This document shows, in pieces, positions 48,320 to 58,289 of a stretch of 64,000 nucleotides of DNA; the stretch's first letter is position 1; each line of letters opens with the position of its first letter. A program made the translations under genes and the position numbers. Under the pieces are notes generated by a model. That model had not been told where the DNA came from, did no database searches, and worked only from the letters and a program-made list of their open reading frames with translations. This DNA is from an uncultured delta proteobacterium (GTDB lineage: Bacteria > Desulfobacterota > Binatia > Binatales > Binataceae): positions 672,001 to 736,000 of the forward strand of contig CAVXXK010000001.1 of NCBI GenBank assembly GCA_963765675.1, given 5' to 3'.

Positions 48320-49099
48320 TCATTTGATGCTCTCCTGAAGGGCGATCATACTTCGCTGGCTGACTCTGATGAATCCTCTCCGGGGCCGATCCAGATCCAT
48401 GATCACGAGAATAACTAAAGTAATGATCAGAGACATTGTCACCGTAACCGAGAGGTTGCGCCAATCTCCTATCCCGCAGCCGAATCCTACAATTCCCATT
48501 GATAGAACTGCTACCAGAAAGAGAAGAAGTAGAACGGCCTCGGGCACGTGATTCTGTCTTGCGATGTCTCGCTTCGTATGGAGATCGATGACCTCGTTCA
48601 GCGAACTAATGAACAACCCCCCCGGGATGGAATGAGAATCCTGGTTGATTGCATCCATGGCTTGCGACCAGAGTTCTGTCTGCAACCGGTCGGTCGCCCT
48701 GTTAACTTCATCCAACCTCTCCGGATCGATTCCAGCCGCGTAGTATCTCAAGCGATCGGCGACGTACTCGCGCAGCAATGCGGCCACCTTGGTCCGATAT
48801 GGCTCCGCGAGCGCCTGCGAACGAAGGTAGGTGGTGCCAATTGCGTTCGCCTCTTCGAGGACCAATTGTCTTCGAGTCTCGAAACGTGACTCCGCCATCG
48901 CAAAAGAGAAAGCGAGCAGCAGAGCGAGCAGACCCACCATCGCAGCCTGCAGGGTCGTGAGTTCAGATTTTGCTGGGTCCTCGAGGCTGGTGCGAATCAC
49001 GCGCCCGCAACGAAAGCCAATTTCCGTCGCAATCAGCAGCAGTCCGAACAGCACCGTGACGACAAGGATTTCACTCCTTTGATACAGAAATTCAGCCAT
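48320..49099 (-). CDS. DUF4239/bestrophin-like membrane protein
   Basis: GLLALLLAFSF, RFETRRQLVLEEANAIGTTYLR and DLDRPRRG motifs. Confidence 0.8.
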   Translation of the reverse strand: MAEFLYQRSEILVVTVLFGLLLIATEIGFRCGRVIRTSLEDPAKSELTTLQAAMVGLLALLLAFSFAMAESRFETRRQLVLEEANAIGTTYLRSQALAEPYRTKVAALLREYVADRLRYYAAGIDPERLDEVNRATDRLQTELWSQAMDAINQDSHSIPGGLFISSLNEVIDLHTKRDIARQNHVPEAVLLLLFLVAVLSMGIVGFGCGIGDWRNLSVTVTMSLIITLVILVIMDLDRPRRGFIRVSQRSMIALQESIK

Positions 49100-49228
49100 G
49101 CGATCCGCTTCCTATGCGAGCAGATAGCCAGTGAGAGCCAAGGGCACGCGGACGGGCAAGGTCCCGGCCCATCATCTTCGCCACAAGATCTGGGTGTTCG
49201 AGACCTGTTTCAGGTCGCTCATCCAAGG

Positions 49229-49939
49229 TCAGCCGATCCAGCCACGATTCCGGAATCTGATCTTGAGCTCCTCTGCAATTGCATCGGCGGTCGCCTTGGC
49301 TCTACCTTCAAGTCCGCTCCTTCCGCTCGCCTCGCTATAGATTTTCGCCCCACCGACAACGATCAGGCCGATCGGGTTGGCGGTGGCAATCGCCACTGCG
49401 GCGGGCACGATCATCCCTGGGGTTTTGTTTCCGGAAGAGGTAAGCGTTCCTGACCCGAGTTTACGCCAGCCTTGAGGCGTGACCGCGTAGCCCTCCACCA
49501 CCGTATCCATCTCCGAAGTTCCGGCGCCGAATCCGATCACAAAACGCTGGACGGCGCTGCCGCCCTCGACCGAGACCAGATAACCGCGGATCACGCCGTC
49601 ACCGACTTGCGGCGACGATCCCGGCCCGGCCTGCACGGCGGAAAGTCCCATCGCGTTGATATCGGCAATCAGGTCCGCGGCGATAAGCTCGCCGAGCTGA
49701 CGGCCCTCTGCCAATTGCTCGGCGGTCGGTGGCGTGCTCGGCGCACTGATCGAACCTCTGATCGAGGAATCAGCGGGCATGTCGGCCGGGTTGGCGATGA
49801 AGTTGTACACCCAGATCCGATTGGGCCGCGCTAGCCCAGGGTTGCTCATCGGTGTCTGCTGAGTAACGTTCGTCGAAGCGCACCCGGCTACCAAGAACAG
49901 GGCGAGCACAGACAGTACAATACGGCTACTAGACCTCAT
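49229..49939 (-). CDS. DUF4410-like lipoprotein
   Basis: Lipobox VAGC; EGGSAVQRFVIGFGAG motif; ends in GWIG. Confidence 0.75.
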   Translation of the reverse strand: MRSSSRIVLSVLALFLVAGCASTNVTQQTPMSNPGLARPNRIWVYNFIANPADMPADSSIRGSISAPSTPPTAEQLAEGRQLGELIAADLIADINAMGLSAVQAGPGSSPQVGDGVIRGYLVSVEGGSAVQRFVIGFGAGTSEMDTVVEGYAVTPQGWRKLGSGTLTSSGNKTPGMIVPAAVAIATANPIGLIVVGGAKIYSEASGRSGLEGRAKATADAIAEELKIRFRNRGWIG

Positions 49940-50009
49940 CGGCGAACCTCCTTAAGGCAGTTGGCAGAGCTGATTACGATGCGGCATAGCTTAATCGACC
50001 GAGTCGAAT

Positions 50010-52430
50010 TCAGTTAATGCCCTCGTCGATTACGGCGTCCTGTCGCTCCTCTTCTTTTTGCACCGCCGCGGAGGGCGGTGTTACCGCGATCGTCACCTTA
50101 TCGATCGTGCCGGTAAATTTGTTGTCGCCCTCTTTGTAGTCTTCGCTCACCGGCGTGCCCAGGTCCTCGCCGACATCCTCGGTTTCATCGCCTGAGAAGA
50201 TGAACGGCACGGTGCGATCGATTCGGCCTTCGGCGACCTTTTGGCCGTTCACAAAAAGTTGCCCGCTGCCGCCCTTGCCAACCCCGCCGCCATCATAGTT
50301 GAACTCGAATTTAACCGTGACTTTGCCGGTCGGAAGCGCTTCTTTTGACTCGACTATATAGCGCTCCCGATCAAGCCAGTTATAGCAATACTTCAGCTTC
50401 CCGTCCTTCACATAGAGACTCCATCCGGCGAAGCGTCCGCCCTGCGCGATGATCACGCCTTGCGCACCCTCTTGCGGTATCTCGATTTCCGCGGTGACAG
50501 TGTGCGAGCGATTTTTGATGTCGAGAGTGGCGTTCTCCAGCATCGCGGTCATACCAGGATAAAGTGTCACGGAAGTCCGCCCCCACATCAGCGACGGCCT
50601 ACCCGCCAGTGTCGGCACAAAACGCTCGACACGCCTGTCGTCCAGCGGCAGGACGTTGTACTTTTCTGCCTCTGCGAGAAAGAGGCGTTGAAGTTCCTGA
50701 AGCTTGTCTGGATATTTCGCGGCGAGGTCCTGCGACTGACTAAAATCGTCATTGGTGTTGTAGAGCTCCCACTTATCCTCACTGAACTTGGGCGGCGTGC
50801 CCGCGACGTCCCACGGAATGCTATGCCGGGTCACCGCGGTCCAGCCGTCGTGGTAGATTCCGCGATTGCCGAACATCTCGAAGTATTGAGTTGTATGGGT
50901 TGTCGGCGCTTTAGCATCGGCAAAGGAGTAGACCATGCTCGTCCCTTCCATCGGGCTCTGCTTAATGCCATCGACGGTTTTCGGCTGCGGCAGTTTTGCG
51001 GCGGCCAGGATGGTCGGCGTGATATCGACGACATGATGCCACTGCGTGCGGATACCGCCGGCGTCCTTGATGCTTGCGGGCCACGAAATCACCATGCCGT
51101 TGCGCGTGCCACCGTAATGCGAGGCCACCTGCTTGGTCCACTGGAAGGGCGTATCGCCCGCGAGCGCCCATCCTACCGGAATGTGCGGAAAACTGTTCGG
51201 GCCGCCGATATCGTCGAGATGGGCTAGAATATTTTCGGTGGTGTCGGGAGCCCCGTTAAACGCCGCAATCTCATTGAGAGTCCCTGCCAGGCCGCCCTCC
51301 GCGCTCATGCCGTTGTCGCCAGCGATATAAATGACAAGTGTATTGTCGCGGACTCCCAAGTCTTTGAGACTATCAATCAATCGTCCAACCTCGTGGTCCG
51401 CGTACTCGCCAAAGCCAGCGTAGTTTTCCATTAGCCGCGCCGCGACCTTCTTGTCGTCGGCGCCCAGCTGGTCCCAGTGCTGGACGCTGGCGGGCCAAGG
51501 CGCGAGTCGGGTCGTCGCGGGCACCACGCCGAGCTGCTTCTGGCGCGCCAGCGTCTCCTCGCGATACTTGTCCCATCCCTCATCGAACTTGCCCGCATAC
51601 TTGTCCCGCCACTCTTTGGGCGTGTGGTGCGGTGCATGCAGAGCGCCGGGCGCGAAGTACACAAAGAACGGCTTATCAGGCGTCATCGTATGCTGGAATC
51701 GCATCCAGGCGATCGCCTGGTCGGTCATATCGGTCATGAAGTTGTAGCCTGGGGTGTGCGGGGGCTCGACGTGCGTCACTCCGTCGAAAATTAGCGGCGC
51801 CCACTGATTCGTCTCGCCGCCCAGAAAACCATAGAACTTTTCGAAACCGTCGCCGATCGGCCAGCGCGTGAAGGGTCCCGACACGCTGGTCTCCCAAACC
51901 GGCGTCTGGTGCATCTTGCCGAAGGCTGCGGTGTTGTATCCGTTCAACTTGAGGATTTCGGCGACCGTGGCAGCCTGGTTCGGCCGCATGCCGGTGTTCC
52001 CGGGTGCGCTCGTTGCCAGCTCGGTAATCGATCCCATCCCCACCGAATGATGATTGTGCCCGGTCAGCAGAGCCTCGCGGGTCGGCGAGCAGAGCGCGGT
52101 GGTGTGGAATTGTGTATAGCGCAGGCCCTCCTTCGCGAGCGCGTCCAACGTGGGCATGTTGACGCCGCCGCCGAAAGTGCTCGGCGCACCGAAGCCGATA
52201 TCGTCGAGCAGAATTACGACCACGTTGGGCGCACCCTCGGGCGGCCGGAGTAGCTTGATCGGCGGAAACTTGGCGTCGCGCGCGTCCAGCGGGACTTTGC
52301 CCGGATACTTGTATTGCGTGTCTGGAATCGGCAATTGAGTGCGATCGATTTGTTGCGCCGAAGCGGGGACTGTGCCCGTGCCTATCATCAGGCACAGTGC
52401 GGCTCCGAGGAACAGAAATAATTTTCTCAT
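50010..52430 (-). CDS. Secreted arylsulfatase (Cys-type FGly) with C-terminal LamG-like domain
   Basis: Signal peptide, PNVVVILLDDIG, LCSPTREALLTG (CxPxR), GYNTAAFGKMH, HAPH and DNG motifs. Confidence 0.95.
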   Translation of the reverse strand: MRKLFLFLGAALCLMIGTGTVPASAQQIDRTQLPIPDTQYKYPGKVPLDARDAKFPPIKLLRPPEGAPNVVVILLDDIGFGAPSTFGGGVNMPTLDALAKEGLRYTQFHTTALCSPTREALLTGHNHHSVGMGSITELATSAPGNTGMRPNQAATVAEILKLNGYNTAAFGKMHQTPVWETSVSGPFTRWPIGDGFEKFYGFLGGETNQWAPLIFDGVTHVEPPHTPGYNFMTDMTDQAIAWMRFQHTMTPDKPFFVYFAPGALHAPHHTPKEWRDKYAGKFDEGWDKYREETLARQKQLGVVPATTRLAPWPASVQHWDQLGADDKKVAARLMENYAGFGEYADHEVGRLIDSLKDLGVRDNTLVIYIAGDNGMSAEGGLAGTLNEIAAFNGAPDTTENILAHLDDIGGPNSFPHIPVGWALAGDTPFQWTKQVASHYGGTRNGMVISWPASIKDAGGIRTQWHHVVDITPTILAAAKLPQPKTVDGIKQSPMEGTSMVYSFADAKAPTTHTTQYFEMFGNRGIYHDGWTAVTRHSIPWDVAGTPPKFSEDKWELYNTNDDFSQSQDLAAKYPDKLQELQRLFLAEAEKYNVLPLDDRRVERFVPTLAGRPSLMWGRTSVTLYPGMTAMLENATLDIKNRSHTVTAEIEIPQEGAQGVIIAQGGRFAGWSLYVKDGKLKYCYNWLDRERYIVESKEALPTGKVTVKFEFNYDGGGVGKGGSGQLFVNGQKVAEGRIDRTVPFIFSGDETEDVGEDLGTPVSEDYKEGDNKFTGTIDKVTIAVTPPSAAVQKEEERQDAVIDEGIN

Positions 52431-53090
52431 CTTCGTCGCTCCTCTCAGGCATTTCGCATAGTGGCCTTATCCGCGCCGACCGAACGCGAAAACTTTCAGA
52501 TGTACATACAGCGATATATCAAGCATCCGCCAGCGCCGGCGAGGTCGAGATTTGCGATCGGAAACGGGCACAACCGAGCCCTTGTGGAACGAGTGATGGA
52601 TTTTGGCGCTGAAAAACAGGCGCAGTATGTTTTATATGGCTCTGTGCGCTCTTTGCGGAAATTGAAGGAGCGTCGTTCACTCGGGAATCATTCTCATTAA
52701 GTATTTCTTACAAGGACGTATCGTCCCGGCGACGGTCAAACTACCTAAGCGTCAGAAGCCAAATGGCTAGATTACGCCCGAGCCGCAAGCGTGGAGACAT
52801 TTCCTGGCGAAATAGTGACCCGTTGACCCGGCCAAACGCCTCGTCACCCTCGAGGGTCGCGGACGGGAAGGTCTTAACGCTCGAAGTTGAGAGAGAGGAG
52901 GATCTCACCGCGGCGAACCAGGAGATTACGCTCAAAGCGCCGGATGGCAGCCTCGAGACGATAATGGTTTCAACCCTAAATCGTCAGGCGCTGGCCTTAT
53001 CTCTCGAAAAGGAGGGTTGTTTAAAGGTACAAATGAAGCCAATCAAACGTCGACTAGAGAAGACCTTGGTGTGGACTTACGAGTTTCAGC

Positions 53091-53951
53091 ATGAACCGAT
53101 CACTCGTGATGATAACTCTGGCCCTGCTGGTTTGGAGCTTTGGTCCCGAGTGTATGGCTCAGCAGACTGCGACGCCGAGCAACATCCTGGCCGAGAGTGT
53201 GAGCGAGGAGGTTAACGACCCCACTGCCAGTCTCACCCAGGCGCAGCTCCAGGAGTTTTTTACTCCATCTCAATTCGGCACCAACGCTCAGTCCAACGCG
53301 CTGCAGGGCAGGTTCATCCTCGCGGTTCTCCCACACGGACCTCTGCCTCTCGCGCAGATTGTGAGACCCACGTTTTCCCTGCTCACCATCCCTCAAAACA
53401 AGGGCACGTCGACCCGCACCGAATTCGGCGACTCGCAACTCTTAGATCTATTTGTGATGCCGCGTTCGATCACGGAAGGGATCGATTTCAGATGGGCAAT
53501 AGGACCCTACTTTGTCTTTCCCACTGCGACTTCAAAATTGGCGGGACCAGGCGCATGGCAGGTCGGCCCGGCCGCGGCATTCCGGTACCGTCCCATTTCC
53601 AGGTTGCTGATTTCAGGGCTGATGCAGCAGGCAACTTCGTTTGCGTATACGTCCTCACAGCGAACTCCCATCTCCAGATTAACCTTCCAGCCAATGATCA
53701 GTTATCAGTTGGGACGTGGCTGGTACGCGAGATCGAGCGACGCGATTTGGAGCTTTAACCTGCGCCACGCCACTTCAACCATCATTCCGATTAGCGCTGG
53801 AGTTGGAAAGGTTTGGAACCTTTCCAACGGTGAGGCAATCAATGGCTCAATCGCACCTGAGTGGATGGCGTACCGACAATTTGCTCCCCGGGCCGAGCAA
53901 TTCACTCTGAAGTTCCAAGTGACTTTGCTGTTTCCCGCGGCGGAGCTGTGA
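53091..53951 (+). CDS. Secreted putative outer-membrane beta-barrel protein of a type often found near sulfatase genes
   Basis: Signal peptide, NDPTASL, GPYFVFPTAT, WQVGPA and IPISAGVGK motifs; ends with the beta strand FQVTLLFP. Confidence 0.7.
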   Translation: MNRSLVMITLALLVWSFGPECMAQQTATPSNILAESVSEEVNDPTASLTQAQLQEFFTPSQFGTNAQSNALQGRFILAVLPHGPLPLAQIVRPTFSLLTIPQNKGTSTRTEFGDSQLLDLFVMPRSITEGIDFRWAIGPYFVFPTATSKLAGPGAWQVGPAAAFRYRPISRLLISGLMQQATSFAYTSSQRTPISRLTFQPMISYQLGRGWYARSSDAIWSFNLRHATSTIIPISAGVGKVWNLSNGEAINGSIAPEWMAYRQFAPRAEQFTLKFQVTLLFPAAEL

Positions 53952-53976
53952 GTTGGGGCCAGGAAGGGAGGACGAC

Positions 53977-54483
53977 CTAGCGCAGAAACCTTTTGTACGA
54001 TTCCGGCAGTGGAATATCGAATCGCTCGCACAAGGCCTGAACATCGCGGAAATCTTTTTCGTCCGGTTCGTATTGGGTATGGAACTTTACTGCCCATGGC
54101 GCGGATATGCACTTGACGGAATAGCCATTGATCACACCCGTGCCGGTCAGCGAGTCGAGCGGATATGGAATTCCGTTAACGAAGTTCCCCTGAGCGTCGA
54201 ACGTATAGGCATGTACATCGAGCTTGCGCCCGTTCGAATCTGAAAGAACGAAATTGAATTCCGTCGCATCCGCGCGCGGAAGCTCTCGGTAGCCATGCGC
54301 TCCCAATAGTTTGCGCAGGGCCGGCACGTCCTTGTGCTGCACTGCCACGTCCAGATCTTCGTGGGACCGCGTTTGCCGGCCAAGCAACGCGTCGACGCCC
54401 CAACCTCCGTCAACATGTACGGCAATGCCTTCTTCCTGAAGCAGGAGAATTAATTCGACGGCCTCTTCATCGCGCAAGTTCAA
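53977..54483 (-). CDS. Nucleotidyltransferase, LnuA/ANT(2'')-like family
   Basis: VDGGWGVDALLGRQTRSHEDLD, LDVH, GTGVING and FHTQYE...KDFRDV motifs; TTG start after GAGGTG. Confidence 0.85.
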   Translation of the reverse strand: MNLRDEEAVELILLLQEEGIAVHVDGGWGVDALLGRQTRSHEDLDVAVQHKDVPALRKLLGAHGYRELPRADATEFNFVLSDSNGRKLDVHAYTFDAQGNFVNGIPYPLDSLTGTGVINGYSVKCISAPWAVKFHTQYEPDEKDFRDVQALCERFDIPLPESYKRFLR

Positions 54484-54502
54484 TTCACCTCACTTTCCCC
54501 GA

Positions 54503-54943
54503 TCAGTCTTCAGCGCCAGCGGTGGCCTTCGGATCGGCGGTTTTTGGCGGTGTGAGCAGGTACTTCATCGCGTAATCCGGATCGCCGCCCGCCTCTACCC
54601 AGATTGCCAGATTGGCGAGCGTCGGATCGTTGCGCGCGTTCGCCGTATCGCGCAGGATTCCAACCGTCGCCGCGCGTTCGCTGTCGAGCTGATCCTGCTT
54701 GGCGCGCAGAGTCTCAGCCTGCGCCTGTGTCAACTGTGCTTGCGCCTTAATTTGCTCGATATTCGCGTTGTTGAGATCAATCTGGGATTGGCTTGCGAAA
54801 TATCCCGTGGTGGTGCTGCCTGCCGTTCCGGTGAGCGAGCTGAGACCCTCGACCGCGGGAGAGGCTAGCGGAGCCGCCGCCGCGAAACATCCTTGCATCA
54901 GTGGAAGAGCCAGGCAGATAAATATTGGAACGATCCTGCGCAT
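54503..54943 (-). CDS. Lipoprotein, hypothetical
   Basis: GAGGAG RBS, lipobox MQGC and a coiled-coil segment. Confidence 0.7.
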   Translation of the reverse strand: MRRIVPIFICLALPLMQGCFAAAAPLASPAVEGLSSLTGTAGSTTTGYFASQSQIDLNNANIEQIKAQAQLTQAQAETLRAKQDQLDSERAATVGILRDTANARNDPTLANLAIWVEAGGDPDYAMKYLLTPPKTADPKATAGAED

Positions 54944-55132
54944 GAATAACTCCTCACAAAAGATTTATTCATCAATATAATTCTAGCCCATATGATTGCG
55001 GGCGAAGCCAGAACTTTTCGCACGGCAATCCGCGCGATCCATTACGCGGTTCGCGATAGAGCGGTCGCGTCCGCCTATGCTATACGGAAAAAGTTCGAAC
55101 ATCCCGGTTCTCATAACGACTGGAGGTAGATC

Positions 55133-55873
55133 GTGATCGAACAAGCTATCGAGATTAAGACGGCCGATGGCACCGCTGACGGATTCATCTTCAGGCCCGA
55201 CGGCACGGCCAAACTTCCCGGTGTTATCCATCTAACCGATATCGGCGGAATCCGGCCTTCGCATCGCACGCTGGCTGAGCGCGTCGCCGCCAAGGGCTAC
55301 GTGGTGTTGATGCCAAACGTGTTCTACCGGACCGGGCGTCCTCCCATGTTCGACTTCACGCCGAAGATGGGCGAAGAACGCACCATGAAACGCTTCGGAC
55401 AGCTCGCCGCCCCGATGACGCCCGAGGCCCAGGAACGCGACGCCGCCGCGTATGTCGATTTTCTGGCTGCGCACGCCGGCGTAAGCGGCGGCAAAATGGG
55501 AGTCGTGGGATACTGCTTCACGGGAGGGATGGCGATGCGCACCGGCGCCGTGCGGCCGGAAAAGATCGGCGCGGTGGCTTCGTTTCACGGCGGCGGCCTG
55601 TATACCGAAACGCCCGCCAGTCCGCATCACGTGCTGCCGCGCGTGAAGGCGCGGCTCTACTTCGGCCACGCGATTAAGGATCCGAGCATGCCCGAGGATG
55701 CGATCAAGAAACTCGACGCCGCGCTCGCGGCGTGGGGCGGCAAATCCCAGAGCGAGGTTTACGACGACGCCTATCATGGTTGGACGACTCCAGACGCGCC
55801 GGTCTATAACCAACACCAAGCCGAACGCGCGTTCGAAAAGCTGATCGCGCTATTCGCCGAAACTCTGAAATAG
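55133..55873 (+). CDS. Dienelactone hydrolase family protein
   Basis: DIGGIR, PNVFYR, GYCFTGG (nucleophile Cys), SFHGG and HGW motifs. Confidence 0.92.
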   Translation: MIEQAIEIKTADGTADGFIFRPDGTAKLPGVIHLTDIGGIRPSHRTLAERVAAKGYVVLMPNVFYRTGRPPMFDFTPKMGEERTMKRFGQLAAPMTPEAQERDAAAYVDFLAAHAGVSGGKMGVVGYCFTGGMAMRTGAVRPEKIGAVASFHGGGLYTETPASPHHVLPRVKARLYFGHAIKDPSMPEDAIKKLDAALAAWGGKSQSEVYDDAYHGWTTPDAPVYNQHQAERAFEKLIALFAETLK

Positions 55874-55894
55874 TTTGCCTGGAGAAAACCCACG

Positions 55895-56674
55895 ATGGGG
55901 CGGCTTGACGGAAAAATTGTTCTGATAATCGGCGGCGGAGCCGACGGCCCGCCCCGCGAAGGCGAGACCGTCGCAATCGGCAACGGACGCGCCACCGCGA
56001 TCCAGTGCGCCCGCGAAGGCGCTGCGGTGATGGCCGCTGATTTGAAGCTTGAGCTAGCCCAGGAGACCGTCGCAGCGATTCGCGCCGAGGGCGGACGCGC
56101 GGCTGCGGTCGCATGCGATGCGAGCCGCGAAGAGGATTGCCGGGCGGCGGTCGAGGCGGCAGTGCGTGAATTTGGCGCACTGCATCTGCTGGTCAACAAT
56201 GTCGGAATCGGAATCGGTGGAAATTTGCTCAAAACCTCGACCGAGGCTTTCGACAAAATGTACGCGGTCAACCTGCGCAGCCATTTCCTGACAATGCGCT
56301 ACGCGGCGCCAGAAATCGCTAAAGCTGGCGGCGGCGCGATCGTGAACGTCTCCTCGATGGCGGCGCTGCGCAGCAACTCTCTCATCCCATACGAAGCCAC
56401 AAAGGCCGCGCTTCTTGGGCTCTCGCGATCGGCCGCAATGACGCTGGCGCGCGACAAGATCCGCGTCAACACGATCCTGCCGGGGCTCATCAACTCGACC
56501 ATGGTCCGGCGCGCGATCGGCGATCGCGAGGCGGCGGTAGCACCGCGAATCCCGATGCGTCGGCAAGGCACGCCCTGGGAAATTGCGAAGGCTATTGTGT
56601 TCCTGCTCTCCGACGACGCGTCGTACATCACAGCTACCGAGTTGATCGTGGACGGCGGCCTGTCCGCACGCTGA
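55895..56674 (+). CDS. Short-chain dehydrogenase/reductase
   Basis: LVNNVG, IVNVSS, YEATK (YxxxK), IRVNTILPG and VDGG motifs. Confidence 0.92.
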   Translation: MGRLDGKIVLIIGGGADGPPREGETVAIGNGRATAIQCAREGAAVMAADLKLELAQETVAAIRAEGGRAAAVACDASREEDCRAAVEAAVREFGALHLLVNNVGIGIGGNLLKTSTEAFDKMYAVNLRSHFLTMRYAAPEIAKAGGGAIVNVSSMAALRSNSLIPYEATKAALLGLSRSAAMTLARDKIRVNTILPGLINSTMVRRAIGDREAAVAPRIPMRRQGTPWEIAKAIVFLLSDDASYITATELIVDGGLSAR

Positions 56675-56785
56675 GGCCCGCATCTCGCGCCGCTCGGCGG
56701 TACCTGTTCGCCCCGATGCCCGCGGTATATGGTGAGGTATATTGATAAGCGGTTAAGAGCCCAACAGCCTCGATAGGTGACGCGG

Positions 56786-57658
56786 ATGCCGGTTGAATAT
56801 ATTCCCCGCACACGCAAACTTTATGACGAGTTCGCGCCCTACCGGTGGGTGGAAAACGACGCCGCTTCGATCCCGTGGACACCTCTCGCCAAGCCGCTTC
56901 GTGAGTCGCGCGTCGCACTGATCAGTTCAGGCGGAATCATGTACCGTGATCAGCCTCGCTTTCATCGCGAGGACGCGTCGTACCGACGAATCCCGAAGAA
57001 CGCGCGCCGCGAAGATCTGAGCATATGGCATTTCGGCTACAAAACCGCCGACGCCGAGAAAGATCCCAATTGTGTCTTCCCGCTAGAGCCGATGCGCACG
57101 CTCGAACGCGAGGGAGTTATCGGCGAGTTGTGCGATCCTGCGCTGAGTTTCATGGGCGGTATCTATTCGGCGCGCAAGGTGCGCGACGAACTCGCGCCCC
57201 AAATCGTTGATGAACTCCATCGCGCGCACGCCGACGCCTTCTTTTTGGTGCCCGCATGACCCGTATGCCATCAGTCCGTTGGACTGATTGCCCGCGCGGT
57301 CGAGGAGAGCGGAATTCCGACTCTATCGATGACCTCGGCGCTCGATATCACGCAGGCGGTCAAACCGCCGCGCGCAGTGTTCCTGAACTTTCCGCTGGGG
57401 CATCAGACCGGCAAGCCAAGCGACCCCGAATTGCAGCACCGGATCGTCAGCGACGCGATGCGCGCGTTCGAGGCGATCAACCGGCCCGGTGCGATCATCG
57501 AACTGCCCTACGTCTGGGATCCGAACGATCGCACGTGGGAAGAAATCGATTACACCAAGGGATGGATGCCTGAGCGGCCGCCACGCGAGGATGCCGACCT
57601 CATTGAGGCCGAGCGCGTCGCCAAATGGACGCAAGGCGGACCGAAAGATCGCGGGTGA
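56786..57658 (+). CDS. PrdB/GrdB-family selenoprotein B; Sec encoded by in-frame TGA at 57257-57259
   Basis: ORFs 56777-57259 and 57329-57658 share one frame. Read-through gives FLVPA-U-PVCHQSVGLIARAVEESGIPT (UxxC). The N-part has PWTPLAKPLRESRVALISSGG and DPNCVFP. A hairpin follows the TGA, and selC is in the same window. Confidence 0.9.
57270..57288 (+). promoter_or_regulatory. Putative bacterial SECIS stem-loop
   Basis: ATCAGTCC-GTT-GGACTGAT is a perfect 8-bp stem starting 11 nt after the UGA, with the apical-loop G 19 nt after it. Confidence 0.75.
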
Positions 57659-57691
57659 ACGTTTTCGAACGATCGAGCGGAGGAGGACAGG

Positions 57692-58081
57692 ATGATGAGT
57701 GGTAGTATTGCGACAATAATGGGGCTCGCGTTGCTCGAATATTTAATACTCGGAGGCATGGTCGGACGAGCGCGCGGTACGTATAACGTCCCGGCGCCAG
57801 CCACTACGGGCGATCCGATTTTCGAGCGCTACTTCCGGGTGCATCAGAACACGCTTGAGTCGCTGATCGTATTTATTCCGGCGTTGTGGCTGTTCGCCAT
57901 TTACCTGAACAAGCCAATCGCGATCGCGCTCGGGCTGATTTTCATTGCCGCGCGAATCATCTATGCGGCTGGATATATCAAGGCGCCCGAGAAACGCGCG
58001 GCTGGCGCGGGCCTCACGTTCCTGGTAAACGCGGCCCTCGTGATCGGCGGCCTGGTCGGAATCGCCATCCACAAGCTGTAG
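57692..58081 (+). CDS. MAPEG family membrane protein
   Basis: VGRARGTYNVPAPATTGDPIFERYFRVHQNTLE and RIIYAAGY...KR motifs. Confidence 0.9.
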   Translation: MMSGSIATIMGLALLEYLILGGMVGRARGTYNVPAPATTGDPIFERYFRVHQNTLESLIVFIPALWLFAIYLNKPIAIALGLIFIAARIIYAAGYIKAPEKRAAGAGLTFLVNAALVIGGLVGIAIHKL

Positions 58082-58289
58082 CGCGACCGGGTAGCGGAAC
58101 GCGTCCACGATCATAATCCCCGCGCGCGGGAGCCACGCTCGCGGGGAATTACTTTCCAAAGATGGCGGACAGGTTTACGGCCCGCGCCCGAGCGGCTAGA
58201 GTCGGGGATCTGCGCCGGCATTTTTCGGCGCGAGAATTCCTGCGCGTAGATTCCCGTCAAGATATCTTAAACAAGGAGACTCATCTTCA

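Noticed and set aside
47576-48320. Genomic island integrated at selC
   Set aside because: No integrase and no duplicated tRNA 3' end were seen; the gene 3' of the tRNA is housekeeping cinA.
52763-53215. 150-aa ORF as an intact gene
   Set aside because: It overlaps the 53091 gene by 125 nt, lacks a clear RBS, and only a short internal part looks protein-like; treated as a remnant.
57256-57573. 105-aa ORF overlapping the TGA (ATGA) as a separate downstream gene
   Set aside because: It is Arg/Pro-rich with no recognisable motif; the conserved PrdB-like sequence is in the read-through frame.
58082-58289. Possible cobalamin riboswitch upstream of tpx-bluB
   Set aside because: Only scattered fragments (GCCAC, GGGGAA, AGTCGGGGATCTGC) resemble the consensus, and the conserved core order is not present. 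An Infernal scan would settle it.
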